64,000 nucleotides of DNA. Origin: a virus. The stretch lies in IMG/VR virus record IMGVR_UViG_3300048074_000120, positions 1-64,000 of that record. One strand, written 5' to 3'. Shown here in pieces: positions 27,118 to 34,999 of this stretch. Made by a program: the position numbers and the translations under genes. Positions within the stretch are counted from its first letter, which is position 1. Each line of letters starts with the position of its first letter. The notes below the pieces were generated by a model. That model made no database searches, was not told the origin of the DNA, and saw only the letters and a program-made list of their open reading frames with translations.

Positions 27118-28083
27118 TTATACTTTCAGCTTGATAGGCGGTGTCGAGTCCGATTCTTCCACGCAGCTCTGAGCTATGGGAATAGCGCGCCCACCCATTG
27201 ACGGAGGTCGCAGACCCGGACGAAATGGATGGATGGTCCTCACTACGACCGTTCTCGACGGATCGAGCGGATGCGCCGCGTAACGAGGGGGAGGTGGAAG
27301 TCTTCCACCCGGGTCCGGAGTTCTCCCATATGCGTCAGACGCCGCTGGGAAAAAGGCCGGTGGCCCTTGCTCACAGGTGCTAATCCCAAAGTCAGCGCTG
27401 TTCGGGCTCGTCGTTGGTCCACCAGAATTGAGCGCCCGTAGCTGCATCAGCTGTGTTCTGATCTGCAGCTCGATACCTTGTACTATCTGGCGGTTCAACG
27501 GGGTAACTTGTGACGTCCTTGGGAACTGGAAAGGGGAAGTGACCGTGGTGCAGTACCACTCGTCCCCGGCATCCATCACCACAACACCTTCGGCAGGAGT
27601 TGGTGGAGAGATTTGAGCTTGCCGCCCAATCTCAAAGAACAGGTCGAGCCCCATCAGCCGTTCACGCAGCATCCAAAGATGCTCGGCAATAATCCAAGCG
27701 ATACGCTCGCTCTCAATGTCAACACGGGAACTACAATTGATACTCATCGTACCGGGGATGAGTACACCCTTTGTCTTTCGGCCAGACTCGAACTTGTAGT
27801 CGAGCATGTCGTCATTACCGAGCGAATAGAACTGCACGGCAGAGCGCGTAAAGCTCACCGCGGGACGCTTACCAATCACGGCAGATTTCACGGGATGCTC
27901 GTCGCTAATGTAGATCTCCGAGCCTTCACCTTGGCACCAGTGATACGAACCCCGAGGCGCTGCGCTAAACAACCCTTTGACAAAGGCGTTGTACAGCGTC
28001 CGCAGCTGCATCAAAGGTTCGTCTTTGAAGCTGCTAAGCGGGTACTCGCCTCTCGGATTGACTATTGTGGGCTTCGAGGGCAT
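27118..28083 (-). CDS. Putative tail terminator / neck protein
   Basis: Position just upstream of the sheath; RPAVSFTR...GTMSINCSSR...SERIAWII alpha/beta pattern. Confidence 0.55.
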   Translation of the reverse strand: MPSKPTIVNPRGEYPLSSFKDEPLMQLRTLYNAFVKGLFSAAPRGSYHWCQGEGSEIYISDEHPVKSAVIGKRPAVSFTRSAVQFYSLGNDDMLDYKFESGRKTKGVLIPGTMSINCSSRVDIESERIAWIIAEHLWMLRERLMGLDLFFEIGRQAQISPPTPAEGVVVMDAGDEWYCTTVTSPFQFPRTSQVTPLNRQIVQGIELQIRTQLMQLRALNSGGPTTSPNSADFGISTCEQGPPAFFPAASDAYGRTPDPGGRLPPPPRYAAHPLDPSRTVVVRTIHPFRPGLRPPSMGGRAIPIAQSCVEESDSTPPIKLKV

Positions 28084-28450
28084 CGTGCAACTCCTTGTTC
28101 TCGCGGGACTTGTATTGCTGCATCGCTAAACCAAACGCACCGCCTAGAACGGGGACTGCAACTCGCTTCCAAGTGGGAACGTCCGCTGGACCCATTTTCA
28201 AAAGCTTCTCTGCACCACGTTGACCCATGTAGCCCGCAGCTGTCCCTACGCCAAAGGCGGCGGCAGGAAGCGCCACAGCTTTCAATGCATGTAGGATTGG
28301 ATGCTTGATCTCCTGCTTAGGAGTAGCAACAGGGTGACGAACTTCCTCTTGAGGCGCTTCACCAAAATCAGGCGGTGGCTCAGGGAGCTCTGCTAGCTTC
28401 AAGAGTTCCCGCGCCATGGGTAGGTGTTGCAGACTTACTCGAGAAATCAT
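28034..28450 (-). CDS. Putative head-internal protein with hydrophobic segments
   Basis: LKLAE motif; AVALPAAAFGVGTAAGY and VAVPVLGGAFGLAM segments. Confidence 0.6.
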   Translation of the reverse strand: MISRVSLQHLPMARELLKLAELPEPPPDFGEAPQEEVRHPVATPKQEIKHPILHALKAVALPAAAFGVGTAAGYMGQRGAEKLLKMGPADVPTWKRVAVPVLGGAFGLAMQQYKSRENKELHDALEAHNSQSERRVPA

Positions 28451-28541
28451 GGTCGCCTTCGCTTAGACAATTCTATGCTACAAGAAAAATGCCCCCATGC
28501 CAATGCCACTCGGCTGGGGACCCGCCCAAAGGATACAGCCG

Positions 28542-28622
28542 ATGGACCATAAACTAATTGCACGATTTTGGAGCAAAGTCGATAAGAACGGCCCCTTACA
28601 TCCAATACTCAAAACACATTGA
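28542..28622 (+). pseudogene. Truncated HNH endonuclease remnant
   Basis: MDHKLIARFWSKVDKNGPLHPILKTH* matches the N-termini of the HNHs at 17648 (FWRKVNREGPIHPKLKTRCW) and 44724 (FWARVNKNGPIAPGMKTCCW). Confidence 0.7.
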
Positions 28623-28623
28623 A

Positions 28624-29523
28624 TCAAACTCGACGAGCAGGTTGATACAGGTCAAAAATCCCGGGTATCTCGTTGGCCTCAAAATTGGAGAGGTTCGCAG
28701 GATTCGTGTAGTTTCTCGCAGGAGTAAAGAACAAATTCTTCAAGGCTGTGGAGAAGTGCACAGGAATCGCATACTCGATGTCCAGCTCGGGAACACGATG
28801 TATTTTCACTTCCTGATGAACCGCCGCTCGAGAGTGCTCCGTTTGCGTCTGCTCTTCGACACGCCAACGAATGTTCTCCGCCTCAATGATCAAGTCGTGC
28901 GGCTTGACACTGGGGTAATACCCCATGCGCATCGTTGTATTGTCCTGCTGAGTCTCACCAGGATTGTTATGCTGCTGAGACTTAGTACTTGGATCAACCT
29001 GGATCCATGCCTCAATAGGGTGCATGTACCCGCGGTTGAAGCCCGTGTCGTAGCAAGTCAGACACCCGCTCTTGGTCCTTTTCTCAAGTACCGGATGCCA
29101 GCAATCAGGGCAACGCTGACCAAAAGTACGAACAGGAAGGACGATACATCGTCTCCCTGCGAACTCCTGGAAGAGTACTCGGAGGTGTCGTCGTAGTTCA
29201 ATGGCGACAATGTCTGGTTCTGGTTCATGGGAAACTGGCCCAAAGTCTTTGGTATCACCCGTTGTCTTTTCACGAATACGAACGATGTAGTGGTACGTCC
29301 GCCAACGGTGGAGTACCTGCAGGATGTTATCTACGAAAGAATAACGATCTTCGAAGGGCCCCGCCAATGATTCGTAGGGCCCTTCCTCCGCTTCAGAACG
29401 AAGCACCTCGAACTGAAAGTCCAAGATATCAACTGAATTAGAGGCCACAGTCCAGGACACCTCATGGAAATCGATGTCCAATGAGGTGACCTTGAGATCG
29501 CGTAGTTCGATAGGTACAGGCAT
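28624..29523 (-). CDS. Putative head-closure/neck protein with N-terminal FN3-like domain
   Basis: Beta-sandwich N-terminus (VSW...FEVLRS...F.D...Y.Y.VR); CPDC...CLTC zinc site; located in the neck cluster. Confidence 0.6.
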   Translation of the reverse strand: MPVPIELRDLKVTSLDIDFHEVSWTVASNSVDILDFQFEVLRSEAEEGPYESLAGPFEDRYSFVDNILQVLHRWRTYHYIVRIREKTTGDTKDFGPVSHEPEPDIVAIELRRHLRVLFQEFAGRRCIVLPVRTFGQRCPDCWHPVLEKRTKSGCLTCYDTGFNRGYMHPIEAWIQVDPSTKSQQHNNPGETQQDNTTMRMGYYPSVKPHDLIIEAENIRWRVEEQTQTEHSRAAVHQEVKIHRVPELDIEYAIPVHFSTALKNLFFTPARNYTNPANLSNFEANEIPGIFDLYQPARRV

Positions 29524-29525
29524 TA

Positions 29526-29696
29526 CAGATAGGGGTTCGTTGCTTCCGCTAGACTTCGTAACTTGCTCTTGGCTCCTTCGTACTTCTTCGACAGGCTGAA
29601 CAGCGCGTCCATGCCTTTGTCTTCGAAGGTGCCAATGACCTCTGGCACGCCGCCTCGTCCATAAGCGTCGTGCGCCAGAGCCTTTACTCTAAAGGG
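29526..29696 (-). CDS. -1 frame extension (55 aa) of the 557-aa head protein
   Basis: Open from C CCT TTA to a TAA that overlaps the ATG of the next gene (TAATG 29521-29525); translates RVKALAHDAYGRGG...ATNPYL. Confidence 0.7.
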
Positions 29697-29712
29697 AGTT
29701 GGCGAGCTCCTT
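29640..29712 (-). other. Programmed -1 frameshift signal: AAGGAG-N10-C CCT TTA-N9-stem-loop
   Basis: Heptamer at 29690-29696 one codon before the stop; stem CTCTGGCGC/GTGCCAGAG at 29672-29680 / 29640-29648. Confidence 0.75.
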
Positions 29713-31357
29713 CCGCTACGCCACGAAGGCTGAGCGAGGCCACCTTAGGCTGTGGGCGGCTCATCATCCTGCCGGCGAGAAGACCTCCACCAGCGGCAAT
29801 TCCAGCCGTTGCTAGCGGGTGCGCTTTGGCAAGCCCACCAGCCACATTTCCAAAGGACTTCGCCACTTGACCCATACCGCCGCTCTTGAGTGCGCTGGTT
29901 GCTAAATTCTTGCCTGCGCTCAGTACATCACCGATGCCAGCGGTTTTCGCCTTGGGGGCAAGACTTGGGTGCTTGGCAACGATGGCCTTGTGCAAGGCTG
30001 CACGTTCATCCTGAGTGCTGGCTTTCTTCTCTTTGGCAGGTATCCCACGCGTCTGCATGTACTTCTCGATCTCGTTGGCGTCATTGTGAAACTCAGCGCC
30101 ACTTGGGCGAGGCAACATTGAAAGCGCCCCAACACCAGCTCCACCGACTAGAGCTCCTAGGGCAGGATGCCCTCCAGCTCCACCCAACAATGCACCGCCT
30201 AAACCACCAGCTGCTGCGCCCAACAACCCTCTGTGCAATCGAACTTTATCTGGGTTGTTATCGATGTAATTCCCAGTCTCGCGATTGTCAGCGATATCCG
30301 CCTGCAAGGTATCGGGATGAAGTTGGCCTAAAAACTCATTGGACAATTCGCGATCTTCAGCACCCGGCGTTTTCAATGCACCTTTGAGTGCGCCGATGCC
30401 ACCGCCGATACCTGCCCCCAATAGCCCACCGGCAACTGGTGCCTGCGGGTATTTTCTTCTAACGAGCGCACCAAGCAGCATCCCACCATAGGCGCCAGCG
30501 CCAGCGCCCCGTAAGCCACTGCCCATGGCGGTCCCAATGCGCGAGCGTACGGGGTGTTTCTCCTTGTCCGTCGCTCTACGATCATGGTGCCTCTGCTGAA
30601 GCTCTGTGTTCAATAACTCATCGTAGGCAGTTGCGCCTGCAGCGGCAGTCTTATCCACCTGAATGTTGCCAGTAACTGTCTCTGACGGCTCAGGGGTGTA
30701 GTTCCCTGCGCCCGCGCCTTGTGCATGATCTCCAGCGGGTGCTCGCCCCAAGCTGCGCGTCTCTGGGATTAGTGTATTGAGGACGCTGCCGACTTTCACT
30801 TCGGCCTTGGGCGGCGCTGCTGCCTCTTGCTGCTGCGCCTGCCTGAACTGATTCAACGCAGCGGTCTCTGCCTGCTCATGCGGCTCGTTGCCTTTACCTT
30901 CTGCAGTCTCTTGAGCTTGTGCCTGCTCAATCAGCTGCGCCCCTTGCTCTTCCTTAGCCTCAGGGTTGGCGCCTGTTTCTTGTGATGTGGCAAGCTCGAG
31001 GTCAAGCAAGCGCTGCTTCAACTTGAGCGCATCACGCATCTCATAGAAATCGGTACGGGGGGCTTCCTCCTGCTCGGCGGCGCGGCGCGCGGCGCGCTCT
31101 TCGTTTTCTTGCATATCGATCTGCAAAAGCCCCTTCTCGAGCTCAACGGCCTGCTCAAACAGGGGAGTGCCTTTGTACTTGTCGATCCACTGCTTGTCGT
31201 CAGGGCCATCCGCAGAAGCCAGCTTCGAACTCGGATCACCCGATGCCGCCTTGAGGAGTTCCTCGAGCGGCAGTTGCTTCATCCGGTCAATAAGCTCGCG
31301 AGAAGCCGTCTTTTGCTGATCACGCTTGTATGCAACCGCTACCCATTGGTCAAACAT
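29684..31357 (-). CDS. Putative head-internal/ejection protein with glycine-zipper repeats
   Basis: Likely start ATG 31357 (AGGAG RBS); QKTAS, LKAAS, SKLAS, DKTAA, EKKAS, AKTAG, PKVAS; two GxxxG-rich hairpin modules. Confidence 0.75.
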   Translation of the reverse strand: MFDQWVAVAYKRDQQKTASRELIDRMKQLPLEELLKAASGDPSSKLASADGPDDKQWIDKYKGTPLFEQAVELEKGLLQIDMQENEERAARRAAEQEEAPRTDFYEMRDALKLKQRLLDLELATSQETGANPEAKEEQGAQLIEQAQAQETAEGKGNEPHEQAETAALNQFRQAQQQEAAAPPKAEVKVGSVLNTLIPETRSLGRAPAGDHAQGAGAGNYTPEPSETVTGNIQVDKTAAAGATAYDELLNTELQQRHHDRRATDKEKHPVRSRIGTAMGSGLRGAGAGAYGGMLLGALVRRKYPQAPVAGGLLGAGIGGGIGALKGALKTPGAEDRELSNEFLGQLHPDTLQADIADNRETGNYIDNNPDKVRLHRGLLGAAAGGLGGALLGGAGGHPALGALVGGAGVGALSMLPRPSGAEFHNDANEIEKYMQTRGIPAKEKKASTQDERAALHKAIVAKHPSLAPKAKTAGIGDVLSAGKNLATSALKSGGMGQVAKSFGNVAGGLAKAHPLATAGIAAGGGLLAGRMMSRPQPKVASLSLRGVAEGARQLPLE

Positions 31358-31379
31358 GGTGTTCTCCTGAACTGGCCAA

Positions 31380-31760
31380 CTAGCCTTTGTGAAATGAAGA
31401 GGCTTCTCGCCAAAGACTGGACACCTCTCCCGGTAAAGTCGCACCCGTTGCCGCTCCAAGCGCACCAAGCGCCAAGGTAGAAGCCACGGGATGGGCCTGG
31501 ACCGCTTCACCGAGCGTCAACATGGCTCGGTCCTGCACCAGATCCATGGAGCGTGCGAAGTTGCGCAGCCCCGGTTGCTTCATCTTCTCGTCCTTCGCAG
31601 CAATGCGGTCACGCAGCTTATCTAAAGAAGGACCGTGACCAGAGGCCTCGAGCGCTGTAGCGCCGCCCGCAAGCAAACCCCCAGCGACGCCGCCGAGGAC
31701 GCGCGGGTCGCGCAGGTACTGGCCAATGCCGGCAGACTTTATCTGCCCGCCGCTAAAGGG
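31380..31760 (-). CDS. -1 frame extension (124 aa) of the 368-aa protein
   Basis: Frame opens (after TGA) three codons before C CCT TTA; encodes IKSAGIGQYL and glycine-rich hydrophobic segments; no ATG/GTG before the track's TTG at 31676. Confidence 0.75.
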   Translation of the reverse strand, partial: PFSGGQIKSAGIGQYLRDPRVLGGVAGGLLAGGATALEASGHGPSLDKLRDRIAAKDEKMKQPGLRNFARSMDLVQDRAMLTLGEAVQAHPVASTLALGALGAATGATLPGEVSSLWREASSFHKG

Positions 31761-31778
31761 AGCCGCTGCTCACCCTCC
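31731..31778 (-). other. Programmed -1 frameshift signal: GGAGG-N13-C CCT TTA-N6-hairpin
   Basis: Heptamer at 31754-31760 three codons before the stop; hairpin GGCAGA-TAAAG-TCTGCC. Confidence 0.75.
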
Positions 31779-32845
31779 AGGCGATCCAGCAGCGCGATGA
31801 GGCTGGGATTGCCAAAGGAACCCACCTTGATGGAAACCTGCCCTTGGCGCTTTGCCGTCGGGTCTTGCTCGGGCTGCGACGGTTGACCGTCGGTGTTGGA
31901 CTGCGGACCCGTGCCAGAACCAGCACCTGCTCCACCGGAAGTATCCCCCGGGGGTTGGGGTTGCGTGCCGGGTGCGGCGGCACCGGCCGCCTCCGTAGAA
32001 GCTTCCTGCCCCGGCATGCCTTCAGCGTTCGCTGGTTGACCTTGCTGGTTCAATCCACCCGCGCCTGGACCAGCGGCAGCAGTCGCCTCCTGCCCTTCGG
32101 TCCCTTCTGCACCCTCGGCGCCTGGCGGGGCACCTGGAGCGGCAGCCGCTGGAGGGGTTGGATTCAACCCTTCGGCGGCATTGCCTTCGGCACCGAGCTC
32201 GGGTTCCGTCCCCGGCAGGCCCTGCGCTGCCAGATCGAGGAGCTGACTGCGCAGCTGCTGCTGCTGAATCTTGGCCGAGGTCTCGGTCGTCTTGGCCTGC
32301 AGCGCGCGGTTCTCTGCGTCCACAGCCTGTTGCATAGCTGTGGATGCCGCCATGTTGGCGCTCTGCACCTGCTGCATCGCCGCTTGCTGGGCGATCTGAC
32401 CTTCCTGCTGAACGGCTGAAAGCTGGCTGTCATGCTCAGCCTGCGCTGCCTCGAGCTGCTGCGTGCGCTCCTCGGCCTCCTGTGCCGCTTGCTGCGCCTG
32501 CGCCGTCTCACCCCGGAGTTGCTCGAGCAACTGCTGGTAGTACTCCACTGCCGCTGTATTCTCGGCTTCCAGGCCTTGTGCCTCGTTCGCCAAGTACTCG
32601 GACTGCTCAGGGACTCGAGCCGGTGTTGGCGAAGACATAGACGCCCCTTCTTGAATAGGCTCTTCCTGCTCAGCGGCAATCTTACGAAAGCGCTCGAGCG
32701 GAGATGCCAGGGCGCTCTCCGCCGCCTGCTTGGCCATCGACAGCTGCTCAGCAGAAGGACGCTGCCACGTCTTCATCCCCACAAAGAAGGAAGCTGCCTT
32801 CTCCAGAGGGATCGCTCGGCTCAAACCACGTTGAAATGCGTCCAT
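31739..32845 (-). CDS. Acidic Gln/Ala-rich coiled-coil head protein (scaffold-like)
   Basis: EKAAS, AKQAA, RKIAA; long QQ/AQ coiled coil followed by a disordered G/P/Q tail. Confidence 0.75.
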   Translation of the reverse strand: MDAFQRGLSRAIPLEKAASFFVGMKTWQRPSAEQLSMAKQAAESALASPLERFRKIAAEQEEPIQEGASMSSPTPARVPEQSEYLANEAQGLEAENTAAVEYYQQLLEQLRGETAQAQQAAQEAEERTQQLEAAQAEHDSQLSAVQQEGQIAQQAAMQQVQSANMAASTAMQQAVDAENRALQAKTTETSAKIQQQQLRSQLLDLAAQGLPGTEPELGAEGNAAEGLNPTPPAAAAPGAPPGAEGAEGTEGQEATAAAGPGAGGLNQQGQPANAEGMPGQEASTEAAGAAAPGTQPQPPGDTSGGAGAGSGTGPQSNTDGQPSQPEQDPTAKRQGQVSIKVGSFGNPSLIALLDRLEGEQRLPLAAGR

Positions 32846-33303
32846 TAGTCCACCTCGACAGTAATGTAGATAGCGCCGTACTCGGAAACGAAGCCTAGGT
32901 ACTTGGGGTTAGGTCCTGCTGGAGCGTTCAAGAACTGCCCAGCAAGCACCGCGTTATTGGCAAACCCCAAAATGATCCGGGCGGGTTCATTCAAGGCAGC
33001 CAAGCTGATGTTTTCACCGTGGGTCCTTCGATAAAAGACCAACTTGTTGTCGAGCGTTGCCACTACAACATCAGCCAGCGCCGGCACCGCTTCAATTTGG
33101 GACTTCACGTCAGAAAAACGAAGCTGACCCATAGCGGTTGTCGCCGGCTGAGTGAACGTGCACGCGCCCGCTGGGTCTGAAAAAGTAATGGTGAGTCCCA
33201 CTAGGTTCTCAAACCGTTGATTCACCTTGGTGCCGCCAATGATGCCGCCTCGAATCTTGACGTTGGCTTCATCCTTTGTGGCGTACTTATTGATCACAAT
33301 CAT
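32845..33303 (-). CDS. Small virion protein resembling the sheath insertion domain
   Basis: GLTITF...TF...SDVKSQI....VVATLDNKLVFY...ISLAAL..ARIILGF pattern; in the structural operon. Confidence 0.6.
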   Translation of the reverse strand: MIVINKYATKDEANVKIRGGIIGGTKVNQRFENLVGLTITFSDPAGACTFTQPATTAMGQLRFSDVKSQIEAVPALADVVVATLDNKLVFYRRTHGENISLAALNEPARIILGFANNAVLAGQFLNAPAGPNPKYLGFVSEYGAIYITVEVD

Positions 33304-33335
33304 GGCGTTTCCTCGGTAACTTCCAAGACGCTAAA

Positions 33336-33371
33336 ATAAAGTGCCAATGAAGGGTCCGCTGGGCACTTTAT
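33336..33371 (-). terminator. Inverted repeat / possible terminator after HNH gene
   Basis: ATAAAGTGCC-N16-GGCACTTTAT followed by TTT. Confidence 0.4.
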
Positions 33372-33379
33372 CCTGCAAA

Positions 33380-34063
33380 TCATAACGATGGATCTTTCAA
33401 TTCTTCAGAAACCACATTGTACGATCCGCAATCACGGCAGCGGAAGACAGATCCCCTACCGTGGTTGCCCACGCAGAGTTGCAGATTACTCAAATCATTG
33501 TTGGATGGATCTCCGTCCTTGTGATGAACGGTCTCATCCCGTGTAAGACAGCGCCCTAGGTGCTTGGCCATTACAAGACGATGCTCTAATACATACTTGG
33601 CATCATCTACTTTTGTTTGTGCCATGGAGTAATAGGGATCATCCGGATGAATTCGTACAAGGACGTAACCCTGCTTATGCGCGATACGGCCCCCTTGCCA
33701 TCCGTGATGATCTTCCCCAAATTGAAAACCTGGCCTTCGTAACTTCACACTAGCGGAAGTCATCCTGTAGGCAATTGTTCCTGCTGAGACTCCGTACTCT
33801 TTTGCTAATTCTTCAGTGCTAGCGCCGGCATCATACTTTGCTATCAGCAATTCCAAAGCTGCGTCATCCAATACCAACTTTCTATATCCAGCCCGCCCAC
33901 GCAATGGGATCCCTGCCCGCCTCAACGCATAACGCACAGTTTTCTCATTCACGCCTAATTTACGCGAGATACTAATGAGGCTACTGTTCGCTTGATACAT
34001 CTGAATGACTTTTTCTTCTTGCGATTTACTAAGTTTGTAGTCAGGACCTGTTCTACTTTTCAT
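33380..34063 (-). CDS. HNH homing endonuclease with two N-terminal HTH units
   Basis: SISRKLGVNEKTV and ELAKEYGVSAGTI; YVLEHRLVMAKHLGR...VHHKDGDPSNNDLSNL. Confidence 0.9.
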   Translation of the reverse strand: MKSRTGPDYKLSKSQEEKVIQMYQANSSLISISRKLGVNEKTVRYALRRAGIPLRGRAGYRKLVLDDAALELLIAKYDAGASTEELAKEYGVSAGTIAYRMTSASVKLRRPGFQFGEDHHGWQGGRIAHKQGYVLVRIHPDDPYYSMAQTKVDDAKYVLEHRLVMAKHLGRCLTRDETVHHKDGDPSNNDLSNLQLCVGNHGRGSVFRCRDCGSYNVVSEELKDPSL

Positions 34064-34068
34064 CGGTA

Positions 34069-34095
34069 AAGAACCCTTCCGGAATTCTTATACCT
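34069..34095 (-). promoter_or_regulatory. RBS-sequestering hairpin with AGGTATAAG motif upstream of HNH gene
   Basis: AAGAAUUC-CGGAA-GGGUUCUU 8-bp stem covering GGAAGGG; same GGTATAAG as at 23915-23922. Confidence 0.6.
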
Positions 34096-34115
34096 GATAA
34101 TACTACCGTATTCTA

Positions 34116-34634
34116 CTAGAACTGGGCGTATGTGCTGTTGGTCGCCCAGTATTCACTAAACACCCCGCTGTTGGTCGGACCCAGAATGCCCTCGATGTTG
34201 AGGGCAACCTTGACCTGTTGCTTGCGCTGATCCGTGAATGCCCTGAAGTACTGGAGCCAGTTCATCAGGAGCGGTGTCTTGTCGTTGATGCCGACGTTGA
34301 TGCCGCCGGTCGAATAGTTGATGTGGTTCCTGGTCTGGAGCAGGCCGACTTGTTCGATGAGCGAGATTACCGTCATGCGGAGCAGCAAGTACTGCAGGTT
34401 GCGACCCAGCATGTCGTCCAAGGACATCGTGGTGAAGTGAGGAGTGCCGTTGAAGTCGGACACTGCATCCAAAACGGACCAGGCAATCTGCCGATCCGTG
34501 GACTCCTCACCTGCCAGCAATCGATTCAGCTCTGGGAAATCTCGCGTGTACAACCGCACAGCCTGCACGAATGCCCGGAAAGTCGGTGTGACCCCGGGCA
34601 GTCCTTGCAATGTGTCACGGTTCACGTTGGTCAT
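34116..34634 (-). CDS. Putative head-tail adaptor
   Basis: 172-aa helical protein two genes downstream of MCP; SLIEQVGLLQTRNHINYSTGGINV. Confidence 0.6.
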   Translation of the reverse strand: MTNVNRDTLQGLPGVTPTFRAFVQAVRLYTRDFPELNRLLAGEESTDRQIAWSVLDAVSDFNGTPHFTTMSLDDMLGRNLQYLLLRMTVISLIEQVGLLQTRNHINYSTGGINVGINDKTPLLMNWLQYFRAFTDQRKQQVKVALNIEGILGPTNSGVFSEYWATNSTYAQF

Positions 34635-34999
34635 GACCGGTCTTTTCTTCTACCCTTCAACACCACAGGGCGTTCGGTAGTAGGAGCCACAGTGCCCTTA
34701 GGTTCACCCACCACCTGCGTCTCTTGAACGTCAATGTGCCGAACAGGGAGGCTGCCAAAGGTACCCGATTGAGGTGCCAGTAGCTGCTTTGCTCGAAGGT
34801 AAGCCGGGGGTAATTGGTCAATCGACACCGCACCGACCGTAAGCACATGTGATAGCCGTGCCCGCATCGTGGGAGTGTCCTCGACCTCCACAAACTGGCC
34901 GGGCTCGATGACGCGACGGTGCGCCACAATCTGCTGGTTGAGCAGGCTGTAGCGCTCAAGAACCGGCGTTGAAACGTCCGTAAGGTTGTAGACGCGCAT
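34631..34999 (-). CDS. Small virion-associated hypothetical protein
   Basis: Coupled gene in the head operon. Confidence 0.65.
   Translation of the reverse strand: MRVYNLTDVSTPVLERYSLLNQQIVAHRRVIEPGQFVEVEDTPTMRARLSHVLTVGAVSIDQLPPAYLRAKQLLAPQSGTFGSLPVRHIDVQETQVVGEPKGTVAPTTERPVVLKGRRKDRS

Noticed and set aside
31380-31676. Independent 98-aa gene starting at TTG
   Set aside because: No SD before the TTG, and coding-like sequence (IKSAGIG) continues upstream to the slippery site; treated as a frameshift extension
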